From NCBI GenBank assembly GCA_965644295.1, contig CBFFRP010000139.1, positions 45,281-109,280 of the forward strand: a stretch of 64,000 bases of DNA. Direction: 5' to 3'. Under the pieces are notes generated by a model. The model was given only the letters and a program-made list of their open reading frames with translations. It had not been told where the DNA came from and did no database searches. Source of the DNA: Paraphysomonas bandaiensis. Taxonomy: Eukaryota > Protista > Chrysophyceae. Numbering within the stretch: position 1 is the stretch's first letter; each line of letters opens with the position of its first letter. The translations under genes were made by a program, and so were the position numbers. Positions 11,553-27,000 of this stretch are shown piece after piece.

Positions 11553-12536
11553 TTATTCTTTGCTCTTCTTTCCTTTCCGTATTTTAGATTTTGGTCTAAA
11601 CGAAGCAGTCGCCATTGGTGCAAAGCCAAGCGATCCTTGTAATGCGTACTCCCACCGGCGGTTTCCAAGTCGTACCCATACCTCACTACTCTCGGACGCA
11701 CGGTGCCATTTTCCTGCGACACATGCCGCACGTCCTATGTCTTTCGCACGCAAGTAGGAGTAAATGTTTTGAATAATCACATGAGTAATCCGCATACTAG
11801 CCGGTGCAGATTCAGTGGAGGATACCACTGGAATCGATGAACCAAACATAGCTAATGTCCGAGGATCCTCCGCCCGATCGATGGCTTTGTCGCCCTCAGT
11901 ATCTGTGATATCGGGATCTGCTCCTCTCTGCAATAGCAATCTCACCAACGCTGGCATGCCTTTCATGGCTGCGTAAAAAAGTGCAGTTTCACCGTACTTA
12001 TTCTGGGCATCAATATCTGCCCCGCAGTCTATGAGCTGTTCTACAATTATCAAGTGGCCCATATAGGCAGCCAGATGTAGGGCAGTTTCGCCTGAATCAT
12101 TGCGAGCATTGATGGGAACAGAAGCTTTAAGTATAACAAGTACCGCATCCACACGCCCTCGGTTAGATGCGTGATGAAGAGGGGTGAACCCATCCAAACC
12201 CCGACAGTGTGATATTGATACACCACTATCTATTGCTTTCTGTAGGCCTTTAGCATTTCCCTTCTCCGAAAGCAATATAATTTCATTTGTAACCTTACTT
12301 TCATCACCAGACATAATACGAAGTAAGGAATCATTAGCGAGTTCATATTCAAGCGTTGTAGAAGGATCCCGCAATAAATTAGGTCCTGAAATATCACCAC
12401 TTCCCAATCGACTTAATGACCTCGAAGAAGACGCAGTGCCAGGTCTACTCAAGTTTACATAAGAGTTAGAACTGCTGGGCCTAGTCACACCTGCAGTGCT
12501 GGGTCTATGTACTGTGTTACTAGCACTCATATTCAT
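11553..12536 (-). CDS. Ankyrin-repeat protein with C-terminal F-box
   Basis: GFTPLHHA, GETALHLAA, GETALFYAA ankyrin repeats, then HVIIQNIYSYLRAKDIGRAACVAGKWHRASESSEVW (F-box). Intronless. Confidence 0.9.
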   Translation of the reverse strand: MNMSASNTVHRPSTAGVTRPSSSNSYVNLSRPGTASSSRSLSRLGSGDISGPNLLRDPSTTLEYELANDSLLRIMSGDESKVTNEIILLSEKGNAKGLQKAIDSGVSISHCRGLDGFTPLHHASNRGRVDAVLVILKASVPINARNDSGETALHLAAYMGHLIIVEQLIDCGADIDAQNKYGETALFYAAMKGMPALVRLLLQRGADPDITDTEGDKAIDRAEDPRTLAMFGSSIPVVSSTESAPASMRITHVIIQNIYSYLRAKDIGRAACVAGKWHRASESSEVWVRLGNRRWEYALQGSLGFAPMATASFRPKSKIRKGKKSKE

Positions 12537-13097
12537 TTAAATTGAGCTGCTAAGAAAAAAAGCACCAGAATATACTCAAGTTATATGAAATACGCGCCTC
12601 AGATATCAGCTGAAGCCAATGAGAAGAAAATCATAAACTGAAATGATACTTACTGGAGAATTATCTGATTCTACTGTAAGCACAAGAAGAAATAAATCTC
12701 AATTCATCATCGATGCATCCCACAATGTATATGAATTGTTCAAACTAAATACCAACAGATACAACAGCACAACTATTGATTCCAAGAGATAAGTTCACAT
12801 ATCGAACTGCTGTGGTACTCAAGTACGCATACTCCAGCACTCTGCTGCTATAGATGGTGAGGTCTGCATGTTTTCAAAACGAAATTCTAGAAACCTGGAA
12901 TTTTGAGGTGGGAAGGGTTGAAAAATAGGGTGTGGGCAGTTGCATTGGACAGCAAAACAAACTTGCCGTTTTCAGTACACATGATTTCTATGTATATACA
13001 ACCAAGCATTTCATACACTGACAGATCCACTCTTACAGCGCATTATTATCCTTGATATACACTTTATCACCTCACCTCTGTTCATACCATTGCAGCA

Positions 13098-14111
13098 ATG
13101 GAACAAAAAGGCCCAAGCACAAAGGAGAGACTGAAAAGTATAGTCAATGACTTCGATAGTTTTGACTCGGAAATGAAAATTGGCACACGGGTTTGTGATC
13201 GATCCATGAGAATTCTATAATTTGATTGTGTATCGTATAGCAACGCCGTGAAAAGGATGAATTTAGAATTGCTGAATTAAAAATGGAAATGAAACGACTT
13301 GACAATGAGCTGACAGCTGAAATAAAGAAAAGGACTGAGATGAATAAGTCGACACAGGCGGTATGAAAATATTTATTGAACACGTGGATATGTAACCGCA
13401 TATGTCAGTGGTTTGAAGGTGAACTTCTTGCGCTGAATACGAAATTCCGCGATGTTCTCCAAGAGAAGAGTGAAGCATCGATGGACAAGTTGGAAATTCT
13501 GGACATGAGAATTACGAAGCTTGGGGAACAGTTTGATCGCGAGAAAACTGCTATACTTAATCAAATTGAGGAGAGGGGAAGAGAGTTGGCGGATATGCTC
13601 AACAAATTTAAGGTGTATGATGATCGAAGCCGTGTCCAACTGTACTTATTTTTTGCTGCACAGGACGAGTTTGATCATGACAGAGAACTACGCCTAGCAA
13701 GAGATGCGCAAATGGTTAAACAACTAACTGACCATGAGCACATAGTTGGTGAAAAGTTCGAGAAACAAATTGTGAGTAACTTGCATACATTGAGTTCGAT
13801 TTTGTCTGACCGATACATTTCAGCAAGCACGAGAAGCACGCTATTCGGCCTTGCGAATAATGTTAGAAGACAATATAAAGCTTCGAGACAAGGCTGAAGA
13901 GAGATTTCAATCATTTTTTGAGCGGGAAGTTCATAGGCTGCATAATGATGTCCGCGAAGAATCAGAGGTAAGATACATTTCACTGATGTTCGTATTGGTT
14001 ATATCTCTGAAGGTTCGCGAGAGGGAAGACGATGAAATTGTTGAAGCTCTAAATAGATACACGATAAAGTTGCAGACCAGTTTGAAATTACTCAACTCAA
14101 CAGAGACATAA
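13098..14111 (+). CDS. SF-assemblin / beta-giardin family striated-fibre protein, 6 exons
   Basis: Exons 13098-13190, 13241-13360, 13409-13612, 13664-13771, 13824-13967 and 14013-14111, all GT-AG. Coiled coil with AEIKKRTE and C-terminal EREDDEIVEALNRYTIKLQTSLKLLN. Confidence 0.85.
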
Positions 14112-14967
14112 GTGAATATTTTCGCGACTATCGTTATGGTGTCATATATTCAAGTTGTTCATATTTATACGCGGAAGTTACGAGAATACTTTGAGACACA
14201 TGTTTCTGTAGCTGCGTATCAAGTGTTACTGCTGTGACAACGAAAGTGTTTCATTTCTGTACGTATGTTGTTATCTGATTAGTAAAGTTAGTAACTTCTG
14301 AAAGTGTGTTTTCCCTATTGGTACTGAAGTATAATGAAGAGTGTTAGAATTGTTTGTATATTCCTTGCTTGTGGTGAATGTCTGATTATTAGCAATAGGC
14401 GTATAAGAGTTAGAATTAATGTAGCAAAACAATTTAACTAACTTGTATCCTACTATTTTGCGCTACGAAAGCTGTCACCGCAAGCACGAAGGTGAAATCA
14501 CTTTTGCTAACTAAGCAGTAGGTAGTCTTCGCTTGGCTAATCATGTGAACTTAATGACTGGTACTAAAAATAAAATCTACGGATGTGTTTAATTACTGCA
14601 TTATGATACTAATATATTGCAATATATTGACAATATAGTACAACAGTATTGTTGGGCCGGTTTAAAAATTTCATCAATATCACTGGTGAGACGTTATCTA
14701 ACTATCTAACAATACACAAAAGTATTGCAATATATTGTTCCCCTCAACAAGTCGGACTCGCACCTTTTCGTGGTGTTCTGAGTGGAAACTAACGTGAGTC
14801 GCAAACAAATGCAGCTATATGAGAATATGATGTTACAAAACATAAGTAGCAGGAGCAGCATGTAACGCAATAAATGATTCTAATAAGAACTATATTGTGA
14901 CTTTTTCTTTATCTAAATCCTCTCAGATACAAATTGCAGTAAAATAATAATTCAATACTTAGATATG

Positions 14968-15013
14968 AAACCTGGTGAAATCACTTTACCAGATTGAGGT
15001 ATTACATCGACTT
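14968..15013 (-). mobile_element. Degenerate solo terminus of the DNA transposon at 33666-39626
   Basis: AAACCTGGTGAAATCACTTTACCAGATTGAGGTATTACATCGACTT matches the reverse complement of that element's left end (TIR plus subterminal hairpin) with a few substitutions. Confidence 0.75.
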
Positions 15014-15998
15014 TTAGACAGTACATATTGTTTTGCCTACTCATAGCCTAATGCTTGTGTGGTACAAGGGACATTATAACTATCACTTGTGTAGACATCT
15101 TTGGGCCCTGACGAATGAACATCCATCAGGAAATGGGCCCACCTCAAGGGCATCCGGGGTATAGGGCTGCCTGCTGAAGTACGGACGTTCACAATAAGAA
15201 ATTTAATAAACCTGAAGTCGGCAGATGTCAGGTACATCAACATTTTGCTTGCTCACAGCGTTTGCTTTGAGTGATAGAGCGGAAGTGGTTGACCTTGATG
15301 CTTGCGGCGACGCATAAGCAGCTTCCGTAGTGTTAAGTAGTAGGATATCAAAGTTAAGCAGTAGTTAGCTACAGGCAGATGTCTATTTATCTTGACTAGT
15401 TTTCATTTATTAGCTAGTGCTGATTCTTAACACCACCTAATGCTAAAAATAAGACTTTAAATATAATATATTGTTTCCAGGGATATTGGATATTTTATAT
15501 ATATGATAAGCATCGAAAGTGATACTTAGAGATGAGGATCGGAGATTGTCCAGATGTCGTAAAACGTAAGAGTTTACGAGAGTTGAATAAGGTTAAGCTA
15601 GTTGAAATATCGGGATCATACATCCGCCAATTTGTACCATTATACATATACGAAGTACAAAGTGTGATACAATTACTGGGAAGAATGAAGTCGAGTGCAT
15701 TGGAGTAAAAATATTAGCTTAATATACAACAGACATGGGGATCATGTCACCACAGAACTAATGTGAATATCAAGTATCGCTTGGAATAAACTACGGGTGC
15801 TATCAGCATGTACAAGGCACTAGAGGATCACATGATACAATTGAGCAAGGCTATTCTCAAGTTCCGATTTCAGAGTATTGACGTTGCTGTGTATCCTACT
15901 AATAGCAGCGCCACTAAAATGAAAGGTTTATCAAAATGGAGGCCATCCCCAGAGCTCCCACTACGATTTGTCCCCAAACGTCTGCTCGAGCATTCTAA

Positions 15999-17535
15999 CT
16001 AAGTTTTAGCTGTCGCTGACCCCATAACTTCCGATACAATGCTGTGAGTCTGTGCAACAGCGGCAGCTTCCAAACGCCGCCTTAAGTCTCCTGTGAAGTG
16101 CCGATTATACAAAAATACTACAGCAAAATATTCTACCAATTTCACTATCCAGAAGCGCTAAGTCTCTTTGTACTGCTTCCTCTTTGACATCACCACTACT
16201 TGACATGCTAGCAGCATGCTGAGTCCGATATGGCAATGGATCATTGGTTTCATCGTAGAGAGGCTTCGAACTAACTTTTGAGCACCATGCACCAGTGATT
16301 CCAGTGTGCTCCGACAATAAATCTTTATAATCTCTACTCGAATCTACTTTCGTTTCATTCTGAAGCATATCATTAATCGCAGTTTTGTACTTGTCCCGCT
16401 CATCTTTCATTTGTTGCAACAATCCTTGCAGTTTCACCCGTTCGGTGCTCGACTGCCAGAGGAATAAGGAAACACGTGGAAATCTAGCTCATAGAACTTA
16501 CCAATTCAATTTCGGCACGTACAGTTTTAAGCTGCTGCTGAAGAAGGTCGTTGACAGCCTTTCAACATAATTGAATAAATGTAGCAACTTTCGTAATCAG
16601 CGAACCTGTAGCCGGGATGTTTCAGTTTGCGATTTTAACAGATCTGTTTTCAATCTGTATCGGTATATATCATTGGTACTAACAAAGTTAATTCATATCT
16701 CTTACGTAACAATCGCCGCCCGATATTGTGGTATTAAGGAGCTTTTCGAAGACTCAGACTTCAATGTCGCCATTTGAGCTTCAGTGGATACAGCTTCTCG
16801 ACGCAGTCTAGCATTCTCTTCCTCCAGATTCTGACAAACCTCTAGCAATGTGCAATCCAGCGTTGAAGACTTATTATTCTAAAGCTATATGATGACACTA
16901 TCCAATATTTTAAAACGAAAATACCTCATCCTTTCTAGTACTCTTGACACCATCCAAGGTTAGTGCGTCGTGCATAATTCGTGATATTGCCTGTAGACCC
17001 TCCTTGAGCTTAATAATAAGACTCATGTTAGTCTCAGTCGGCGTCATATGGCGTCCATGCATAGTATTCCTTTCAATTGCGGCTACTAAGGGTGCCAACT
17101 TTGCAGTTTCCATTTCTAAGACCTTATGTTTTTTAATGAGATTCTCATTGGATTCCTTAAAATGCTGTCTCAACTCTTGCTCAATAGCTTGTGATTTGAG
17201 TTCGAAGTATTTATTGGACTCATCAAGATTATTCTTTTGAATTTTCAACGTTTTTTTCAAGTATGTCAATTCTTCTTCTCGAGAGAGCAGCTGGGCCTCA
17301 AGTCTATTTATGTAATCTTGTTGTTTGCGATTGAGTCCACTTCTCTCATGTGCAACTTGGGATGATCCAGTCGTGGGAGAAGTTTGATTAGTATGATTTG
17401 ATAATAACGCCTTTTGTCGTGCACGTGATATTCTCTGTAACAGCATGACTCACAATATATCCAGAATACAAATATTACCATTGCCCGCTTTATGCCTGCA
17501 ACATCATCGCATGTGTCATTATCAGAATCCGTCAT
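15999..17535 (-). CDS. Multi-exon coiled-coil protein, function unknown
   Basis: ORF segments 16910-17446 and 16105-16437 are heptad-rich. Splice-compatible last exon gives ..DSEIGDLRRRLEAAAV..AKT* (TAG at 15999). Exon boundaries are approximate. Confidence 0.65.
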
Positions 17536-18734
17536 AATAATTCTTGAGTGTTAACCAGTACTTTAAATTAGAATATAAACTCTTGTGTACAACAAAGTTG
17601 ACGCTTATTGTAGTTATAGTGATATATAAGCACAATTTTAATTGCTATTTTCTGTTCAGATTTTGTGAACCTAACGAATAGAATCCTGGAAAAAGAGAAA
17701 AATCGGAAATTTTGAAAATACTCGCTGTTTCTATACGTAGAAAAAATCCTCGAACTTGATTTGTAGGAGAGCCATATGATGCATATTGTATGATGTTTCC
17801 AACCAAGCAGTGAGGGACTGCAGCTGTGGTTAATACATCTGTTCTGAGACTGGTACTGATGATGAAGATGATGAAAAGGTACACATGATGTTGCGACCTT
17901 CTCTGAGTGGGTTGGGAATGCGGTTTTTCCAAAACAGACAGCTGTATTACCTGAAAACACGAAATGTCAGGCTAATATGAAGACGTTTATATCAGGGACT
18001 GACACACTCTCTGATGGATGGAGTTCACTGTCCAGGATGCCACCAACACTACACAAGATACAAGGGCCTTGTGGGTCGCTCCAAACAAACCAGAAAGGAT
18101 CAGCGACGAAAACCTCATCCTACATCCTTGAGGATAAAGAAGAGTGTTTTATGTTTAGCTACTAAAATGGTGTAAAACGAAGATGGCTTGCAATGCCTTC
18201 GATGTCCTGTTTGCTAAACCGGCGACAAACTGCAGTAATTTCTCATTCATCTGACAATATATGCGGCTCAAGTTAGTTTCCCGGAGAACTTATTCCCCAG
18301 AACACCAATCGCAAGAATTATTGTCAACCTAAAATATGAGATTCGTGACTGTACAAGATACGTTGTTTTGTAATTGGTTCTAATGCTCCTTGCAACCATA
18401 TTTTGCTGTTATACTATTAGTCTTTATTCTTAATGAGAAGTATTTAATAATTACCCGTTGACAAATACGATGCGTATTTCTCATTGACTATTTTGCAACT
18501 AGCAATAAATCTTAATACCTACGTATTATATACCAAGTTGATGTCATTGTCGGCCTACTGTGCAATTCTAAATGCTGCAATCATGTTCTAGAGAAGATGA
18601 CATTGCAAGAGAAAAATCATATGCTTCAAATCGTAGCATACTCACTTGAAAGGAGGAACAAAAATTATTTCAGTAACCTTATTAGTGATTTAGGTGTCCT
18701 AGTAATTGCAGCAATTAAAAGCTAGCACATACAG

Positions 18735-21700
18735 TTAATAACCACAAGTTGTCAGACACTGCAGGAATCTACTAGGTGTCACTTGGTTGGTCTCAGACCG
18801 AGCCATTTCGAGAACCATCATCAATTGCTTGATTCCAATCGGTTGAGAAATAGACTTCGCAATATCATCCACCTCTCCCGGTGAAAGTGCTCCATCTTCC
18901 TGTAGCACAGCGCGGTATTCATCCTCTGACTGGAGGTTACTTACGTGAAGAGTCACGTTGAAAGCCTACACGCCAAACTCATTTTAGTGCAAGTAAGTAC
19001 GGCACTAGGGACATGGAACACAAGCACATATTTCAACAGGCTTCCTAGGGAATCAAGAGAGGTACCTCGGTTAGCTGTAAGTCTTCCAAGAGGTGTGAAA
19101 TTGAAGTTGTCGCGACAATAAATAGCCGACGTCCTACCACGGGTGGTATCTAATAAAGCACTCATTTAAACACACGGTACAACATGTTATGAAGTAACCT
19201 TTCGGAGAAGAATTAAAAGAGTCTGAAGAACTTGGTTCGAGAATCTGTAGAAGCATATAACACACGACAAAACATCATACAGCACATGTCCTTTCAAACA
19301 CTCCAACTATACAGTACACGGCAGTAATCATATTTTCTCTGATGGATAGTTCCACGTTCATACACCTATGTCCCAGTAGTGTAACGCACCTATGTCCTAT
19401 TGGGGTGTATTCAATAATTCTCTCGATATCATCAATGAAAATAACCGACAGAGGAGAGCGATAAGCGTCGTTAAACGTCTGTTCAAATGCGTTAATAATA
19501 TACATCACATCTAACAGTAGTCGTCCGCTTGGGTAGGCAATAACATTACGAGAAGTGTAGGAGAATTACACTAGAATAAAATATGCGTGAACTAAAGTAA
19601 TCCACGATAAGCCGTATACACGCTATCGAAGGATATATTGAATAACGAGTTTACCTTCATGAGAGTTTGACACTTCTGGGCATCATGCATCCCAATCATC
19701 GAATCTGCGGATATCAGACGAACAAGAGGAAAATCTGATTCAACCGCTAGTTTGGCCGCAATCGCTGTTTTCCCAGTTCCACGGCTACCCTACGGACAGC
19801 ATAGAAGGTCACTTTTTAAAAACTTTGATATTACTCGTGATACTTGCAATAATCCATATGCATTATCGCTGCCATACATCACACAAAGGTTTAATAGATA
19901 TAATTTCTACATGTAGTGCAGGTGCATAGTGCACGAACCTCTAATAGCACAGACATCAGTGGAGTTCTCTCAGATTGACGTGTCTGATTTACAAGCTGCT
20001 GCAACGTGGCATAGAGTTCTATCACTTTTGTATTACAAGATGTACACATCTAATAAGAAAAATTATTACCGGAGAAGGCTGGCCCGTAGTCGCAGATACC
20101 ATTACGATATAGGTTGGTAAGTACCTCACTGTTCTTTTGGCCAAAAGCAGGGACGACCTGAAACAAAAAAATATATAAATAACACAAAATATAATGGAAT
20201 ATGCTTCTGTGAATTACTCAGCAAATATGGTGAGAGCAATGAAATCATCATAAAATGAATATGGTGAGAGCGATGAAATCATCATACAAATGAACATGCG
20301 AGGAAACAGTATACGACATAACGCAAAAGACAACAACATACACAACCAAAGTAGAGTAATAGCATGTACCTCCAACAGCGCCCTATCAAAGTCCGCAGCG
20401 TCGACACATATGCTTTTCCAATCTGCTTTCAACTACAAGAAGATCACCAATAATAAGTAAAAATAGAGCTGATGTACCTCTTTGGCATCGATATTTTTTG
20501 CGAGAGAAAATGACGCAGCGCTCCTGACAAGCCCTGCTAATTCCGCACCTACAGACTCGATGTTAATCTTACAAGCTCACGTCATATTACCACATCAGAT
20601 GTAACACACGAAATTCCATTACAGCCAACATGTCCCGTCAAGTATAAGTACGTTATCGCAGCTCCTCACCAGTGAAGTTTTTCGTATTTTGAACTATTTC
20701 TGGAAGGTGATCAATAGCAGCTTGTGTTAAGCGATTGTGACGCCTCATATCCGACGTATGGATACGAAGAATCTAAACACGTGAACATGTTACAGCAAAC
20801 ATTAGATATAAACAAAAAGTGATTGCTTTGTCTAGCTCATTCAAAAAAGAGTACTATATATCCAACACAGAGTACGCAGTAACATCGAATGGTATCAGCA
20901 ATGACCTGATCTCTACCCTTTTCATCGGGCAATCCGATCTCAACGTGGACTTCCAAGCGACCAGGGCGTAATATTGCCTCATCGATCATATCCATCCTAC
21001 ACAAGATATTGTAGTTATATTTTATCACAATTTCAACCACAATGAGCACTGGTCAACACAATACTATATCATACGAAACATACTACCTGTTGGTCATGCC
21101 GATGATAAGTATATTGTTCAGGCTGTCTACACCATCAATTTTGGATAGGAGCTGGTTAACAATACTGTCGTTTACACCGGTATTGTCTCTGGGTGCAATA
21201 CAAAAAATCAACAAGTATAAATATACGCATCGCTATTTGTTTACCTGGTGCTTCCACGAGTTTTCATAATTGCATCTAACTCATCAAATATTATGATATG
21301 TAGCATGGAGTCGTCACCCATCTCCAACTGTCATAGAGCTCCATAAGTACATACATTGCAGAATTGATGCGTATTCTTCATAATTACAGAGTTCGGCAAC
21401 ACATACTCACTGACTGCAACATGTTATATCTACCGGTACCTGTTCCTTTTCTGCATCCGCAAACAACTCTCTGATTTTCTCTTCAGATCCACCAACATAC
21501 TTATCTAGCACCTCAGGACCGTTTACAATCTTGGGAGTGCGGGCATTTAATGCTTGTCCTATTTTCCTTGCTATTAAAGTCTATAAGATATGACAATTAC
21601 CCTCCAATATACCCAGCAATAATCAAAAGAACGAACCTTTCCACAGCCTGGAGGGCCGTATAGAAGGATACCTTTAACGTGAGAAAATCCCATTTCCTTT

Positions 21701-22565
21701 ACCAGAGATGTAGGATACATACGTGAGGCAAATGCACGACGAAATATTTTCTGGAATTCAGCTCCCAGGCCTCCGATACCCATCTGTTCAAAATCGAACC
21801 CCGAACGGAAGAGATTTTCCTGCCCTCCACTACCTGTGCTACCACCGACAATCGCAATTGGACTAGTCGAACCAGACCGCTTAGAAAATGAAACCGATGT
21901 GACATTTGATACTATGAGCCCAACATTCCCGGGTGTTTCCATTGCGGTGGAGCCCACCTCAGCGAACTCCATACCCTCCACAATAACATCTAGCTTCTGA
22001 CCCAAGCAGTTCATCGCTAGCTGTTGACCCGTACGAAATACTTGGCCTTTGTATTCTCGCATGAAATGTTCATTAAGTTCCCCAGCATCAAGTTTTACGA
22101 CAGTCGAGCTACCACCCTTACGGAGAAGGTCAACGGATACCTTCAGCACGGATACTGGGGAATCCACACCGGCTCTCGAAATACGAACACCCAAAGATTC
22201 CCCAAGCGTCACAGACATGCATTTTCGCTGTAATGCATTGAAACCGACTTCCCCATCTTTCAGCGATTCTGTGTCCTTAGATTTACTGCCAAAATGTCAA
22301 ATATTAGTAGAAAGCTAATTCTATGTAAACCTCGTTAAGAAAGTCCACTCCGTTCCATTATTCGTAGAGTACTTAACATTCAGCGCAGGGTCCTTCTCAG
22401 GCAACGAATCTTGTCCGGCAGTTAATGCCGCGAAGGTTGCAGAGTTAACATACACTCTGCAATTAGAACAGATTAATATATTGAGGTTAACCTGTTACAC
22501 AGTCCACACCTGTTCGAGTATGCAAGCTTTTGGGCAGGCAAATTTGCAACACTAAGAGTTTCCAT
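18735..22565 (-). CDS. NSF: Vesicle-fusing ATPase NSF/Sec18, many introns
   Basis: [80 protein letters not shown], second Walker [32 protein letters not shown]. Confidence 0.97.
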
Positions 22566-22991
22566 GACGAATCTTAAAATGATATAATTTGATGTGAATA
22601 TGAATGATATTGCACTATAGGTCAAAGAAGCACTGCTGAAATGTATATTGTGTATCATATCATCTACGTAGTTACACGAGTGCCTTAGGACTTTGGAGTG
22701 TTCTTGTTGTATACCATATACGCATATGGTATTACCGGCATATCATCTTTTTCCTAAAATACTGCTGCTCCTGCATACGGTAGGAAGTTTTAAACATAAA
22801 ACTGAAAGTAGCCCTTGAAGATTCTATTTTATGGGTGGTGTTTTGAGTGAACACTCTGCATATTGGGAGTCAAGTATTGTAAATGGTTAAGGCAGGATAG
22901 CAAAGTAGTAGTCTCTTGTTAATTGCATAGTTATCAGCGAAGGTGTGCATTTAAAAGTGATTTATCTCTCTTTTGATAAGTTTTTTTATAG

Positions 22992-23613
<622 letters not shown>

Positions 23614-24024
23614 TTTGAAGCATATTTCTCTGGTAAAAATAAGAGACACTTTTTGTTGAAATTTTCATGGATTTTGGGGGATGCGTAGACTTTGGCGACA
23701 GAACTGCATTATTTCCTAGATCTAGATTTTCCCACTGTATGCAGTGGTGACTGCAGTTTTTTTTTGGTATTATTACTTAGAATGTTAAGCTTGCTCGTAT
23801 TACAGATTTCGTGAGCACTCTATGCACATAGGAAACAACTACTCCTGGACTTGTGTAGCTAAAAACCAGCTATACCGTGGTATCGTACTTGACTTCTTTT
23901 ACGCACTGAATATAATAGTTACCAGAATTTCTCGTATATTCTTTTTAGTCTAGCTCCTTTCTTAGTTTGCACCAAATAAGAAACTTTGGCTTATATCTTA
24001 TAAGAAATAGTCAATTGCAGATTC

Positions 24025-27000
24025 TGTTGGAAATTGCTCACTCTTAACTATATCTCAGAGCAGGGCTAGAAAGCAAATAAGATTTAAGGTTAGTCTTGAT
24101 ATTTTTAGTAAGAATATACTTGATATTATTAGAGATAAAGATTGAACGATAAGGCCTAATAGTATAATAGCAAGACATATTTGAGCAGAGCGTTAGCACC
24201 ACACGTGTGCGTATCTTGTACAGTCGCGTATCATGTATAGTTTGGTAATTATTCAGTCTATTTGGTATTTCATTGTATACGTGTGTTGTATTCACGCGTT
24301 AAGAGATATACGTGAATCAATGACTCCTAATACTCCCCCTCAATGAAATAATCATATGACGTATACATAGATATATGGATATAGGTGTATATATTTGGAT
24401 ATAGGTGTATATATTTGGAGATAGTTCTACTGAGGGTAAAACCCACGAGTGCAATCACAGATTGTGGATTACACTGATGTCAACATACAGCATACTCGTG
24501 GGAAACTCCGTAGATCTCTAAGCCATCCATCGTGGTCTCTTGGTTGAGTTCTCTGCCGGTGGGATAGATACTTTTGTTCTTTTATTGCTAGCAGGTATGT
24601 TGATATACCTCCCCCCCCCATTAGTGAATCCCGCAATCTGTGGAACGTGTTTGATGTGAGGGGTTTAGTTAGAATGTCGGCCAGCATCTCGTTTGTAGGC
24701 ATGTAATCAACGATAATAGAGTGCGATGCGACTTGTTCTCTTATGAAGTGATATCTGATGGCGATATGTTTTGTTCGTCGGTGGTGTACGGGGTTTAGGC
24801 ATAGTTGAATTGCACCTTTGTTGTCACACCATATGGTTGTTGAGTATGGCATGTGGAAGCCCAATTCCGAGAGTAGTGACCGTAGCCAAATAGCTTCTTG
24901 ACATGCTGTTGATAGTGCCATGTACTCCGCTTCTGTAGAGGATAGAGCTACAGTGGTCTGGAGTCGTGATTGCCAGGAAATGAGACAATTTCCGATAAAG
25001 AAGCAAAACGCTGTGGTCGACCTGCGAGTTAAGTTGCAGCGTGCCCAATCACTGTCAGCGAATCCAGTTAAGGTAACAGACTTCCCGGAGTACTGTAGAC
25101 CTTGATCGATAGTGCCTTTGAGGTACCTAAGTATGTTTAATGCGGCTTTGCATGTAGTTAGATTTGGATTAGTACTGAAACGAGCAAGGGTGTTTACAGC
25201 ATATGCAATATCAGGTCTAGTGCACACAGCAATATACATAAGTGAACCTATGAGCTCCTTGTAAGGAAAATTTTGGACAAATTCTTGATTTTCTTGGGAT
25301 AGTTGTTTCTTTTCGAGAATGTCTATATGAAAATTTGTTGTCATGGGGTGACTACGTGGCTTGCAATCTTCCATGTTGAATCTGTGGAGTAGGTTCCGTT
25401 ATTGAGATTGATTTAGTGTCGTAGTTCGATTCTGTATATCCTGTTTGACGAATATGCCGAGGTAGTAATCTAGGAGGCCGAGATCATGAATGTCGAATTT
25501 TTCAGCTAACGAATTCTTGATTTGGATTATGTCAGTCCTACTTTTAGCGGCGATAATGATGTCATCGACGTAAACTGCCAGAATTATGGGTCGGCCATTG
25601 ATTGATTTCGTGAATATGCACGGGTCGGACACTAATCTGGTAAAATCACAGTCTAACAAATAATTAGTACAACATTTATACCAGTTTAACCCGGACTGTT
25701 TGAGTCCGTATATACTCTTTAGAAGTCTGAGGACTTTACCGTTTGGAACATTGAGACCAGCGGGTGGATACATGTAAATTTCCTCTTGGAGGTCTGCATT
25801 GATGTAAGCAGTGGAGAAATCTACCTGGTGAAGCTCCAACCCAAGTATAGTTGCTAGTGCTATGACTGTTCTCATTGATGTGGCCTTTGCGACTGGGCTG
25901 TAGGTTTCGTTGTAGTCTTTACCCTCGACCTGGGAGAAACTTTGAGCCACTAACCTCGCCTTGAAGGTAACCTCATCTCGCTTGACCTTTACCCTAAACA
26001 CGAATTTTCCCCTTATGATGTTGGAATTTGCTGGTGGTGTCGTTATCCTCCAACAGCCTTTGCTCTCTAGAGACTTGATTTCTTTGTTGATGGCTCTCAG
26101 CCATTGTTCCTTGTACCTGCCTGATAGTGCCTCACCAACATTGTTAGGTGTGTTAGGTACATCATTGCTACATGTGTCATTTGCATGCATAATGATGTCA
26201 ACATCATTCATGTATAATGTTCTGTAACTATCATGTTTATCAGAGGTGTTTTGTGGTTGTACAAATATCTTTTATCAACATCACAGTGGTATATATTGTC
26301 ACCGAATTTGTGTACATTCATGATTACCCTTTTTCTGGTCTGCCTCTTGCTGTGGAGACTTTTCTTTACGCAACGGCTCACCTTGTGACGGTGGGGTGTC
26401 CTTACACCCGTAATTGTGCCATCCGGGCTTTGCCGGCTCCTTTCACCCTGGGAATTCACAGTCTTGATAGCTCGTTTGACCTTACGAGCAGGGTGATCAC
26501 GCTTGTTGTCACCCCGTGCCTCCTTCGGCACTGTATTCCGCTGAGCTTCTGCTGTGCGGCGAGGCCTTGCCTCCTTTTCATTTGAGTAGGGTCCTCTCAA
26601 ATGGCTGTGACTCCCGCCCCGTGTGGCGTCATGACGGCTATCGGTTGAACTGCTCCTCCCTGGAGCTGTTCCTTCCACGGGGCATCCTGGTTCCTCTTGC
26701 GGGGGTGATACCGCGTTCTGATAACTAAAGTGCTCGGCGGTGTATCTTTCGATGTCCGCAGCGTGTATTGGGTCATTTTACTCGATGACCCGCCCTTCAT
26801 TTTCTCGTGGGGCCAATCCTCTCTGTAAGCAGCCACGTGGCCTTTGATGACTGTGATTCTTGTCGTGATGTATTGGAGGCCATCCTGTGGATCTGTGTGG
26901 GTCATTCCAACGAGGTATTGGAAGCTCTCGGTTGTTCGATTCTCTGAATTTTCTTCTCTCAGTGATGATTCGATTTCAGCGTAATAGTTTTCTTTGACGT

